A stretch of 63,212 nucleotides of DNA, counting the filler, from Octopus bimaculoides (Eukaryota), in the NCBI RefSeq assembly GCF_001194135.2. It is 5 parts of 5 records of this genome, joined end to end, with 100 filler letters (N's around TTAATTAATTAA, not from the genome) between each part and the next. Parts side by side here need not be neighbours in the genome. Positions count along the whole stretch, not along the records: positions 1 to 18,566 come from NC_068994.1; positions 18,667 to 40,923 come from NC_069002.1; 3 more parts are not named here. One strand, given 5' to 3'. A program made the translations under genes and the position numbers. The notes under the pieces are model-generated. The model saw only the letters and a program-made list of their open reading frames with translations, ran no database searches and was not told the DNA's origin. This document shows positions 12,738 to 24,748 of the stretch, one piece after another; the stretch's first letter is position 1, and each line of letters opens with the position of its first letter.

Positions 12738-12971
12738 ATGTTATGGGTGTTGTTAGGTCAATATAGTTTCCATCAGTGAGGAGGACTTTGGAGTTCCAGC
12801 AGTCAGTCATGATAAGTAACTGACACTGTCCATTCTTATATGAATAACCACAGCAGTTGAAAGTCGAAGAACAAACTTCTTCACAATATCACACCAAAGA
12901 GCGGAAGGTAATGTTCGGATATTTTACACTGGCATTGATTATTTGGTAAACATTGCTTTTCTCCTGAGTTC
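12738..12971 (-). CDS. PAN/Apple-like Cys module exon 2 of the mucin gene, containing an in-frame TGA
   Basis: Acceptor TCTTTATTGCAG|GA and donor ACAT|GTAAAT; 234 nt, phase 1 at both ends and in frame with both neighbours. It reads TQEKSNVYQIINASVKYPNITFRSLV*YCEEVCSSTFNCCGYSYKNGQCQLL...DLTTPIT, with C-x3-C-x5-C...YSY-x4-C spacing. TGA at 12889-12891. Confidence 0.65.
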
Positions 12972-15148
12972 CTGCAATAAAGATTTGTATACAGAGTAAG
13001 GATCATCAGACAGAAAGGAAAGGCAGGAATGAGAAAAAGAAAGGAAAAGAAGAAAGAAAGAAAGAACAAGAAATAAAATATAAGAAAGAGAAGACAACAG
13101 GGAAAGAAAATGAAAAAGAGAGGAAGAGAAAAGAAATGAAGAAAAGAAGAAAGGAGAAAAGAAAGAGATCGAAAAAAGAAAAAGAAATATATTACACGAC
13201 TTAAATTCCCAAAGACTGGTGAAGGCTGAGAAGTACTTCAGCCCAGATTGTTTACTCACCAATTGCAAACCCGCAGTGGAGAGTGAGATCCATATTTAGA
13301 ATACTGCTGCTACTATACACAAAAACATCAAAAATTACATCCATCCAACTGCAAAACTCGTTACAACCTTTGACCCACTGAGACTCTATCTTCTATCTTC
13401 ACCTTTTCTATGGATACCGCCTTGACTGCTGCTCTTCTAAACAAATTAATGACATTCCAGGAGCCCATCTCACACACTCGTCTCCCTTCCTCACCCCACC
13501 TCTACTATGTTTCACTTTTCTTAGCAACCTCATTAAACATTTTACCTGATTCTTTATCTCTATGACCATCGAGCCTATGGAATTCTCTTCCTACTCATTT
13601 TCTTCAGATAGGATCAGCGTTACACAATGTGTGACAAGGCTGCCTTTGAATTTCCTCTACAGTCCATCTGACGTGTTTTCACATAGATTTCAACCAAACA
13701 GTTTTACTCATAAGTCAGTTGCTCGAGATGTTGCTCAGATGGAACCCAAATGTAGGCGGACTTTTTAAACATTCAGCTTTTACTTTCATAAAGGCAAGAC
13801 GCGAACAACCATCCTCCCAATTCAATATCCTCTACACCATTAAATCATCATCTGCATTCTCAACATAATTTTAAGTATCAATTATAATATATATCAGTTC
13901 AAGAGACTGAATACCTCCCAAAAAAACGAGATGATCACAATGAATATTCTTAATTCAATTTCAGATGTAAAAATATCACTCTGTAAACATGAAAAGTACA
14001 GTGTTAATAGAGATATTCAGTGGCGAAATATATGACTGTTGATTTACTAAGAGATTTACAAAAACTTCTACACTATAAGAATTCTTCAACATCAATTGGA
14101 AAATCGATTGCAATCGTAAAGAAACTGCTACGAATATTGCAGGGGAGGTAAAGTAGAATATTTTAACGCCAGAAAGCAAACGGTTGATTTGGGACTGTTT
14201 CGAGGTTCTTTGAAGGAGCGTCCCTATGTAGCGCATCCAGCTATAGAATTACTCTACAAATTACACTGTTCCATCTGAAATAAAGAACATTTTAGGCATC
14301 GTAGTGTCTCATTTAATACAAGAAGACGAATTGGTCATGGCTGGAAGATCTTTGGCCATAGGTCTGCAGGATCAGAGTTAAAGGATCTGTAATTGTCTCA
14401 ACTACTGACGGCCAGCCCACCATCCATTACTCTGTGCCATCGTCCCGTGTCTATTCTAAAGGAATTCATTTTAAATTCATATGTTGTCACAAGTCCCTTA
14501 AATTGATACGCGTCGACAACTAATCTATATTGTCACATGCATTTGTCGTTATTCCTGTTACCTACTTGAAACCTATCGCAAATTACAAAAAAAAATTTGA
14601 TTTCTTGCAAAATAATACAAAGCCTTATATTATGTTGTTTAGCCGTCACTCTGATTAAACTGACTTGTGACTAAAGGTGTTCCAATTGTAACCATCCAGT
14701 TCTCTATTCTAGGAATACATTCTCCAATGTGTCCTAAGTTGTTTTGAAAGAGATTTGACCGCTGTACTAGCAGATCATTAACGCAACTTTGGTTCGAGGA
14801 GGAAGGAATGTCACATGTCTCTCTCCCTCAGGAAAAAGCTAAGGGAATTTGCTTCGACTGGGAATTAAAACTGAACTGCAGTCTCGACAGACCAACAACT
14901 TAACTTTTTCTCTACAACGTTCACGCTATTCCAGCCTCTCTTTAAAAGGGGAATATTTTGATATTCATATGCTTCCCAATGTACGAGTGACAAAGGTGAA
15001 GTGAAAAATAACTTTAATACAACTTGAAATTTGAGTCGTGTCTCGACTCATCAACAGCTTACTAACAGCTACTCTTCCTCACTTGTAAACCTGGAACATT
15101 TTAATCAGTTAATAAAGAACCATATACATAAATACGCTATTTACTTAC

Positions 15149-15402
15149 TGTTTTGATCTTGAAGAATCATCAGTACTGTCGAAGTATCATGTGTTTCTGG
15201 TAATGTAGAATGCAATGTATTATTACACTCTTTAGAATCCAATATACTGCATAAATTATCAAACAGTTGGAAGTATAAGCAGTCACAATGGACACTATAA
15301 ATGCATCTCAATGCACATTTAGGTAAACAACTTTGTTTACAATTGCTGAAGTACTTTCGTGCAGTAAAGTGTTTATTTAGAACTATTTCATACATTCTGC
15401 CC
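15149..15402 (-). CDS. PAN/Apple-like Cys module exon 1 of the mucin gene
   Basis: Acceptor TTGTTTTTGTTTTTATAG| and perfect donor AACA|GTAAGT (phase 2 to phase 1). It reads GRMYEIVLNKHF...SCLPKCALRCIYSVHCDCLYFQLFDNLCSIL...QDQN, with the same C-x3-C-x5-C spacing as the next exon. Confidence 0.7.
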
Positions 15403-15429
15403 CCTATAAAAACAAAAACAAAATTGTAT

Positions 15430-15622
15430 TAATATTGGTTTCAAATTTTGGCACAAACCCAATAGTTTCGGGGGAAAAGAGGAAGTCGGTTACATTGACC
15501 CACAGTATTCAACGGGTTCTTATTTTATCGACACCAAAAGGGATAAAAGACAAAGTCAACCTCAGAACGTAAAGAACGTAAAGCATTTCGCCCAGAGTGC
15601 CAGCGATTTTGCTGCTTGCCAC
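15430..15622 (-). mobile_element. SINE family B, reverse, intronic
   Basis: AAATTTTGGCACAA...TACATTGACCC.CAGT...AAAGTCAACCTC...GCATTTCGCCC, the reverse of family B. Confidence 0.6.
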
Positions 15623-16254
15623 TTTAAAATGGTATTGATTTGTTTTAACTTAAGTTACTAGAGAACTTTTTCTATTTATCTTTATTTATCTATTTATAAG
15701 TCACTTGTGAAAAACTATCAATTACATGTAATCCAGTATAACTTGTGTTGTCAAATCGTTGTCGACTAAACAAGCAAGCCCGTTTTAGTTGCTTTGTGAA
15801 GAGTGTGAATTTTGACATCCTACACGATTAAAAACATGGCCCGTCAAAATGCGGATGAAATCAAGTGAGTCAATGTCCATCCAATAATGTATATATAGGC
15901 ATGTTAGCAATCTGTGTATGTTTAGAGGCATGTTCACATTTCATTCAAATGATGCGAGGAATAAATAGATAATCTTCATCTCAACATCTTCGAATTTGGC
16001 GGCAACAGGTCAATGGGTGTAACTGACTCAGGTAGCAACTTAACATTATGTCGGGCAAACAGTTGTACTTTGACCTGAACACACACTATGTTTGAAGGTG
16101 TTGTGAGAACTAATGGTTTCACTAGCCATTTTGGCAAGCTTCTGCATTCTACAAGTTCATTTGTCTTGACTTGTCATTGGACATATTGCATAAGAACTAA
16201 AAAGTGAGATTGACGTGTGTGCAGCTGTTTTTCACTATAAAGATAAGCTTGCGT

Positions 16255-16295
<41 letters not shown>

Positions 16296-16525
16296 CTGGG
16301 TCATTTATTACATTTGAATATCGAAATATTAAATAGCAGCAACATGTTACTCTACCAAAAGTTATTCCTGTTGTGTAAAAAACCTGGGAAGGTTTCATTT
16401 AATAATGTAGTGCTAGATATTCCTAAAAAGATGGGGTGATCATGGCTAATTTGGTTTTGTATTCACGTCTGCTGTAAAATCTGTAATATGGCAGCCATAC
16501 TGTTGTAGTGAAACTAACACCTCGA

Positions 16526-16742
16526 TCGCCATTACATACAAAACTACCTCCCGCCATTAGATACAAACTACTATCGCCATTACATACAATCTTCTCATTT
16601 AAATATAAATAAACGCGAGCGTAGTAGAGAACCCATTCCTTGTCATCACGTGACTGATTATTATTCGAATCGGCAACTTCTTCGAACCGTTCCCGCCAGA
16701 ACGCAAACTGACCAATCACAGCCCTTAATAAGGTCACGTGAT
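16526..16742. promoter_or_regulatory. Candidate promoter: two TCACGTGA E-boxes, CCAAT box, E2F-like site, triple CGCCAT repeat
   Basis: TCACGTGA at 16646 and 16734, GACCAATCAC at 16710, TTCCCGCCA at 16690, and a 24-bp unit x2.7 at 16526-16589. The patch is locally CpG-rich and lies ~1.1 kb upstream of the first identified mucin exon. Confidence 0.4.
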
Positions 16743-18167
16743 AGCGTTTTTCTATCNNNNNNNNNNNNNNNNNNNNNNNNNNNNNNNNNNNNNNNNNNNN
16801 NNNNNNNNNNNNNNNNNNNNNNNNNNNNNNNNNNNNNNNNNNNNNNNNNNNNNNNNNNNNNNNNNNNNNNNNNNNNNNNNNNNNNNNNNNNNNNNNNNNN
16901 NNNNNNNNNNNNNNNNNNNNNNNNNNNNNNNNNNNNNNNNNNNNNNNNNNNNNNNNNNNNNNNNNNNNNNNNNNNNNNNNNNNNNNNNNNNNNNNNNNNN
17001 NNNNNNNNNNNNNNNNNNNNNNNNNNNNNNNNNNNNNNNNNNNNNNNNNNNNNNNNNNNNNNNNNNNNNNNNNNNNNNNNNNNNNNNNNNNNNNNNNNNN
17101 NNNNNNNNNNNNNNNNNNNNNNNNNNNNNNNNNNNNNNNNNNNNNNNNNNNNNNNNNNNNNNNNNNNNNNNNNNNNNNNNNNNNNNNNNNNNNNNNNNNN
17201 NNNNNNNNNNNNNNCACATACAGATTCATATTATTGTGTACCCACGAACTGGTATAATTGTTCACGTGTTATTGACTCTCTTTCTATTTGCTGTAATATT
17301 TCACATACACATACATGTATCACTCACATACACACTTTTCTTTGTATGACGGCCTGTCTTTGATTATGTTCTTATATGTCTCATTCACACTCTCACACAG
17401 ACATACATCTTTAACGCTACAATAAATATTTCTGTTATTCATCTTATACGGTTGTGGTCTTTCATTGCTGGTCATCTATGTTATCGTCGTATAACATATA
17501 TTATGTATATCATCATTGATATATATAATTTTGTGTTTGACCGTGTGACACGTTTAAATAAAAGGAGTCCTCTGTTTTTCCATTCGTCACCATTTCTCCT
17601 TTTTGAGTCCGCACGGTCGTACCTTACACTGTAAAGAAAGTAATGTTTTATTTTATAAGTTTATAGCATAGGTATCCAACTTACATTTAATTACTATTTT
17701 GGTCTTAATTTTCAAATGAGTTCTTCCTTCAGATTTTTAGAGATTTTGCTAGTGTGCGATGTCTTTGCCAACGCAGCTGTATAGCGTCAAACTACTTTAT
17801 ATCACAACTGAACAACAGCATTGTTGTTCACTGCATTACTGACGGCGAGAGTGATATGGGAATGTCTATAATTCAATGCAGAACAAATATTTAGAAGGAC
17901 ATCGTTCATAAAGAATCGCTTTTTCCCCCCTTCTATCACCGATATTTGTATCCCTCACCTTTATACGCACAGCTATGGTTTGGGATGCGATTGAGTCAGA
18001 AACCAGGTAGTGGTGTACCTCTGAAGAATCATGATAATGGTATATTAGAAAATATAAAATTATTATTACTGCATATATGTATTCAATAGCTACAATGGCA
18101 TTCCACCTGTACAACGCATGCAATAAATATAACACAAATGATCTTATCATTAGTTTGCTTTCCTTCT

Positions 18168-18388
18168 AAGGCGGTGAGCAAGCAGAATCGTTAGCATATC
18201 GGACAAAATGCTAAGCGGCTTTTCTTCTGGCTTTACGTTCTGACTTCAAATTGTACCGAAGTCGACTTAGCCTTTTACCCTTCAAGTCAATAAAATAAGT
18301 ACTAGTTGAATACTGGAGTTGATGTAATTGACTAGCCCACTCCTTCAAAACTTCAGGCTTTGTGCCTATAGGAAAAAGAATTATTATT
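18168..18388 (+). mobile_element. SINE family B
   Basis: AAGGCGGTGAGC..GCAGAATCGTTAGC...GTCGACTTAGCCTTT...TGTGCCTATAG..AAAGAATTATTATT. Confidence 0.7.
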
Positions 18389-18566
18389 AGAGTGATTCCA
18401 TAAGGTAAGTGTATGACTTCGTAAAAGTTTCTTAATTTTTAAGATAAAAAAAAAAGGGAGAAAAAAATGGACTTACATTCAGAAACGGCATCTATGGGAA
18501 TCTGTATAAAGAGAATTAAATATCTTTATGGATGTGTGTGCGTATGTATGTATACATTATATAAAT

Positions 18567-18666
18567 NNNNNNNNNNNNNNNNNNNNNNNNNNNNNNNNNN
18601 NNNNNNNNNNTTAATTAATTAANNNNNNNNNNNNNNNNNNNNNNNNNNNNNNNNNNNNNNNNNNNN
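18567..18666. other. Artificial scaffold linker (44 N + TTAATTAATTAA + 44 N)
   Basis: Identical 100-nt layout at four places. The 12-mer has stop codons in all six frames. Confidence 0.95.
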
Positions 18667-18820
18667 TACTACCTCATTGAGCAGGAAAAGGGCAAGAAAT
18701 TGAATAGTTGTTTTCTGGTGAAAGAATTTTTTGTCCCCCACCACCATCCCGTTAAATTTTTACTATTACAACCGTCTCATGAGTCGGTTGTAAAGTTGTT
18801 GTTTTTTTTAATCTGAAAGA

Positions 18821-19132
18821 GGTGATCTTACAGTACGAATCCTAAATATCGGCCTTTTCCGTAAAAAGTGTTGGAGAGAAACAGGGAAACTACGTCATAA
18901 AAGCGAAAGACATACAGAGAGCGCGATTTATTTTGAAGGGTTAGGGTTTGGGTTAGGGAATTCCGTCCGTAACCCTAACCCTAAAACCCTAACCCTGACA
19001 CTAAAACCCTAACCCTAACATCGTAGTGAAGATCGTGCGAGTGTTACGGAAAAGGCCGATCTTTGGTAAAGATCGCCGAAGACACTTTTTACGGAAAAGG
19101 CCTATATTTAGGACTCGTATCGTAAGATCGCC
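18821..19132. mobile_element. 312-bp MITE with 51-bp TIRs, 8-bp TSD and internal telomere-like repeats (Merlin-like?)
   Basis: TIRs 18821-18871 and 19082-19132 match at 46/51 positions. CTGAAAGA is duplicated at 18813-18820 and 19133-19140. TTAGGG-type units lie at 18938-18958 and CCCTAA-type units at 18970-19019. Confidence 0.85.
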
Positions 19133-21489
19133 CTGAAAGATGTAGCTTGAAAGATCTAGGACTCCTATATTTGTAAGCATACCAACACAAATGTCCTTCC
19201 CCCCGACTTTATTTCCTCATAACTTTCAGAAAAATGAATATTGTTTAATGACATTTCTACAAATATCTTACAGAGGGTGTAGCATGCGATGTGTATCAGC
19301 ATCAATGTATGTGCACTCACCAATTTTTATTTCCCATATTAAATTCCAATATAATAGTATTCTACACTATCTGAAAGGGAATTGTAGAAAATTTCATCAA
19401 AAAATGACAATGTTTTTGAAAGGCATGAGGAAACAAAGTTCATGGTAGTGGTGATGAAGGCACACTTGTGTCGGCATGCTTCTAATTTGTACTCGGTTCT
19501 CATAAAATATAGCTGAACAACACTTCGTCGCCGTCGTCCATAACTTGAAACATTGAAGCTATGACCTCTTTGATTGATAAGCTTTCATTTATGTTTAGCT
19601 GACGATGTTTTCCTTTAGGCTTGAGAAAACTGCAAAAATTTAATGTTCAGCTGACAAAGACGTTTCTATTTTTAATGTAACCCCGCCTCCCATAAAAAAA
19701 AAATCCTTGCTGAGAACTGATAATATCAGACGATAGATGAATCATTTGAAGCCTTATAACACAAAGACATTCCCGTTGGTTTTTCATCTCATTTCTTTCT
19801 CTCTCTCTCGCTGCGAATTAAACTGTTAGTTGACCGCCTCCTGCTTGTCATTGATTGTATACTAATTTTACCGACATCTATATTTAGTACACCGAAAGCT
19901 TGTTTGACTCCCTAACGTCTTTAAATATCCCACATCGGTCGAAAGAAAGCTGACTTCAGTCACCGTCAACCTATATAAAAACAAAAAATACAAATCAATT
20001 TCTTTTTTATTATTTATATATTATTAATCAATTTAAACGTCCGTGTAAAAGCTGGGACGCCATGACAGATAGCGGAAGGTATATAAAACAACTCTGGTAC
20101 AAAAAGAATAAACTAAAAATATAAAGAGAAAAACTAGAAAGAATAACAACAAAGAGTGGGGAGAAAAAGATAGTCAGACAACGAACAGTTAAACGTTTCT
20201 GTTGTGAATTGTTTTTGTAGCTTTCTTGAATTAGAAAATCTTATTTATGGTCGGTTGTTCCTTGAAAAAAAAAGTTGGTTGAGATAATATTTAAGGGAAG
20301 ATGATTCTCTTTGATACTAACTATTCAAACTGCTTTGTTTCTTGTGTAGAAAAAGTGGGGAAGCTTTAGAAATAAATGGAGTGGTTTGTCTATGTATTTT
20401 GTATATTTTTTGTTTGATGTTTACACCGAAAGGAAGAGCGGTTGAGTTGGTAGCCAGCAAATAGCAACTCTGCGGGAGTCTTTTCGAGGTCACCTAAAAT
20501 TAAAAGGGGCCTGCAATATGTACGAGTGACATGAGGTCAACAGTTTAATGTTAGTAAGTACTTATAGCTGGTAACAGTCGCTTCTAAAACGCGTTTTTTG
20601 TTGTTGTAAGGATGTTACTAAGAGCTATCTATGAAGTAGTGTTAAGTAGGTGAGACAAACCCCCTCTCGGCCAGAACACTAGTCTCTTGAAAGTTAACTG
20701 ACGTTTGTAATTATTTCTTGGATAGATGATAAATTCAACTTGCATGTTTTTTTTTTAGGAATAATGACTAGAATTTTGATAGGGTGTGTAGCACTTGCTT
20801 CGCTCCATCCCGTCGTCTCCTTCACATTCAGATTATAATACTAAAGGAAGTATATACGTTAATCATCCCTCCAACATGGCTACCTTATATACATCACTCC
20901 TCCAATACAGTTACACTGTAGTGTCTCTTTCGGCTTGAGTACATAATAACCCCTCCAACATGGCCGTATATTTTACACTTTCATCCTGTTGTGTTCTTCA
21001 TTGGATTTTAATGCAAGGGATACATACTGGGGCTTCTATGCCGCTCGTTTCCCTTTAGTCCCGTTTCAAGATGGCACCCACTGCCCGATCCAATCATCCT
21101 TAATGTCCTTTCACTGCATAAAAAGCCGCGCAACTGGCACAGGAGTTGTTTCCCCTTGGTCAATTTTTTTGTCTTCTTTTTTCGGCGCAACACCCTTCCC
21201 TCATCATGGATCTATATCCAACAAGGCATTACTGTCTAAAAGGCATGGGAGCACCGGACAGCTTCCTGGGGAGTCGCACAGGTCTAGGGACCCAGTTCTG
21301 ATCTATGTATGTTGTGGTTTGTTATCAATAGTTAAGTACTACAGGGCCCAATGCATTGACTTGCTTGGGGACCTCATGGGTGTAGGGGCCCAGTTCTAAT
21401 CTATACATACTAGGGCTTACTGTCAGTAATTCAGCAAACATTATAGAGCCCAGTACATTGCCTGGAGGCCTCATATTACAAAGACAGAA

Positions 21490-21690
21490 GGCAGAATCGT
21501 TAGTACGCCGGGCGAAATGCTTAGCGGTATTTCGTCTGCCGCTACGTTCTGAGTTCAAATTCCGCCGAGGTTGACTTTGCCTTTGATCCTTTCGGGGTCG
21601 ATCAAATAAGTACCAGTTACGCACTGGGGTCGATGTAATCGACTTAATCCCTTTCTCTGACCTTGTTTGTCCCCCCTCTATGTTTAGCCT
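21490..21690 (+). mobile_element. SINE family B, well preserved
   Basis: GCAGAATCGTTAGTACGCCGGGCGAAATGCTTAGCGGTATTTCG...GAGTTCAAATTCCGCCGAGG...GGGGTCGATGTAATCGACTT. Confidence 0.8.
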
Positions 21691-22684
21691 CCTGTGGGCA
21701 ATAGATAGATATTACAAAGACAGACCCAAACGAATCTCAGTCAACTCGCCCTGCCAACATAGCTTTATATGTCACAGACACCCCTCCAACATGGTTCAGT
21801 CCATAAACATCAAGAAATATCTCCACCAGTGTGAAATACACACTGTTTCAGACTGTGTCTATTCGTCTTCATATGAGCGTTTCATCCAGAGCAGCAACTA
21901 CTGTAAGTATGACAGCTGTCTCACAGCTGTGACAATGTGTTGCCTTGGTTTTTGACACCACTGTTGCTGTCTACTTTTTATATGTTTGAAGTGTAGAGTA
22001 GACAGTCGTGTGTGTTATAGGATACTTGAAAGGGACAGTCGTGGATATTGTTGGACATCTGAAGTAGATAAGGGACAGTCGTGTGTGTTGCGAGATGGCT
22101 GAAGTAGATAGGAAACAAATGAGTGTCGATTCTTTATGTAAAATGGACTACCGTTCTATCCTCTGGCGCATCATGGTGGGTTCACCTGCCGCCCAACACT
22201 GTCATTATACGTATGTGTGTGTGTGTGTGTGTCTTTGCTAAAGTCGAAATTATGTTACGTTTAATCTTTTGCCTGTGCAAAGCATTTCCACAAGTTTGTC
22301 CCTGAACGTCCATGCTTGTTTTTATTCATTTAGTTAATCCTTGTTACACCAATACCCCAAATATGAAATCAATTGGAACAAAAATTGAAAAATGGCTGCC
22401 AAGCAGAAAAAGATGCACTTTCTTTTCATAAGTCCCAAGTTACTCCGGTGACTGGAGGTGGGGGGTTAAAGACGTGTATCATATGATGTATGGACGCCAA
22501 GGAAATACGTCCTGCGTGTCACGTGATTGATATACAGGATAAGCTAAGGGTTAAAGAAGAGAAAGGCTCAAACTCACACCACGCCCTGCTTCTTTATAAT
22601 ACGGTCTACCGATCTACATTAATAGCGTTGACAGACCCTATAAGTTCAATACACAATTTCTGGTTTAATTGTCATTTATATAAC

Positions 22685-22739
<55 letters not shown>

Positions 22740-24574
22740 GAAGTGACTGATAGACCATATGTGTATGTTTCTTCCTTATGAGTCACGATCCAAGTTGAGT
22801 CGCTGATACTAAATCGTTTGCTGTTGAAATATTTCGTAAAATGTAAATAACGTTCCTGAATGTTTTACAGTGAGTCATAAGGCATGAAGACTAACACATC
22901 GTGTTTATGACAAACAGAAAAGGAAAAGACAAAAAAAAAAAAAGAAGGAATATTTCTCCAAGATAAGAAAACTATCAACTAGTTGAGAGGGTGTGGTGTG
23001 GGGGTATTTAAGAACGTAAAAGAGAGGGCACCTTTTTATCATCATTATTATTATTATGTAAGCCCTTGTGGCCAAGAAAAAAAGAATTATTATAAGGGGT
23101 CGATAAAATAAGTTCCAGTCAAGTGCTGGGGCGATATAATCGATTTACCCCCTCCCCTCAAAAGTGGTGGCCGTGTGACAAAATTAAAATTTTTATCAAA
23201 TAAAAGAAATAATTGTTATTATTTTGTAGATATGTAATTATTATTAAATATATAATTATGTAAATATATGATTCTTATCTAAATATGAAATAAAGGGTCG
23301 CTGAAAGCTTAACGATTTACCAAAATGGCTCGCAAAGGTAATAGTTAAGGAACTGCTAGACTAGTAAGTAATGGTCAAAAGATCGGTGGCTTACCTCTGA
23401 TTTAATATCTGTGGTGGCTTGAGTAAAATGTGTCTGGTTGTTAGAAAGTGAAACAGTGACAAGTTTGTACTAATTTCTTCCTGGCCAATATCAGAAGTTT
23501 TCTGTCGCTTGTGTTTGTTTAACATGTATAGAAGCAGTTGTAGAAAATTAAGCATGTTTTTACTCCGAATTTTTGCTTTATTTGGTTTTTTTTCTCTCTA
23601 ACTAGTCCAACTGTATTTACGTAATGAGTTTCACTGTCGATTTAACGACGAGGCCGAGATAAACTGGAGATAAAATAAACCGACTGACTTCTTGTCATTC
23701 ATTAATTTACCATTGTACTCAACAGAAGGGTCACTTCTGGATGACTTCATTTAGAAGGTCGTTTATAGAAAGTTCCAACTTTTTTTTTCTTTTTGAGTAT
23801 TTTTCAATGTTTATGGTATTAATATAATCCCTTTTCCTCTTTGCTGATGATACAATAATTATCATCAAGGCATAATTAAGTAAGGATTATCATATTTATT
23901 CAGCAGATGTGTGTGAGCTGTTCAACTTTTATTATTAAGGTGCAATCTTCCAATCTGTGTTACATTTTTGTCAAACGAAAACTGTTCGCCCGTCTGGAGT
24001 GAAAGAAAGGAAATTTAATTCGGCTGAATTACAAAGTTCTCTTCAACTATTGTCTGCGAAAGGCTAAACTTTAATTCCTCTTTCGCTGTTTTGTTTTGTT
24101 TAAAACAACTATTTTACGGATGGCTGCCACGTTTCACACACTTCTCGCCTGTTTTAGAGCAGATAATTAGCAATTTCAACGGAAATACTTAACTATTTGC
24201 TATTGTTTAATAAACAAAAGGTGACCACCACTATATCATTGGCCGTAAAAGTTATTAAACCACTTTTTTTTTATTATTTAATTTTTGTATATGTACATGT
24301 GTGTTTGTTAATAGTCTTTCTTGGACACCTGAATATCTCTCTCAAACTAGTCATGACGTCCTCACTCTCTCGGAGATAGAATTCCTGGATTCGTCTTCGT
24401 TTAAACCTTATCCTCTCCATTTCCTTAAGAACATGCCTCTTTGTTTGTGTCGTTTTCAATCAAAACGGATGTTACCATCATTGATCGAACTCCTTTGGAT
24501 ATTATAACAAACAATTCTACATGAGGAATTATTCTCCCATGGGTCTATCTTTACCACTTTGTGTCTCCATCCAG

Positions 24575-24748
24575 GCCTCCAATGAAGCCGAAACGAGGAC
24601 GAAGAAATTCGATGATCTTTATGAAGATCTCGAAGACTTTTACAATATTGTCGAAGACCTTGACCAATGGATGGACACAGCTGTTGAGAAGGGACACGGT
24701 ATTAAGGTCTCCCAGCAAGATCTCGAAGTCCAATACGGGATGCTCAAG
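24575..24748 (+). CDS. MACF1: Spectraplakin (MACF1/dystonin/Shot family) spectrin-repeat exon, first in window
   Basis: TCTCCATCCAG|GCC...CTCAAG|GTAAAT, 174 nt, phase 0-0. It reads ASNEAETRTKKFDDLYEDLEDFYNIVEDLDQWMDTAVEK, with the helix-A Trp. The symbol denotes the family; orthology is not resolved. Confidence 0.85.

Noticed and set aside
13260-13312. Extra mucin-gene exon ending at a GTGAGT donor
   Set aside because: Candidate lengths are not multiples of three and the phase-1 frame hits a stop.
15951-15989. MKIIYLFLASFE as the missing signal-peptide exon
   Set aside because: It stops after 12 codons with no donor site giving the required phase 2. The first coding exon remains unidentified.
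18938-19019. Ancient telomere-telomere chromosome fusion site
   Set aside because: It has only a few units and lies inside TIRs and an 8-bp TSD, so it is transposon cargo.
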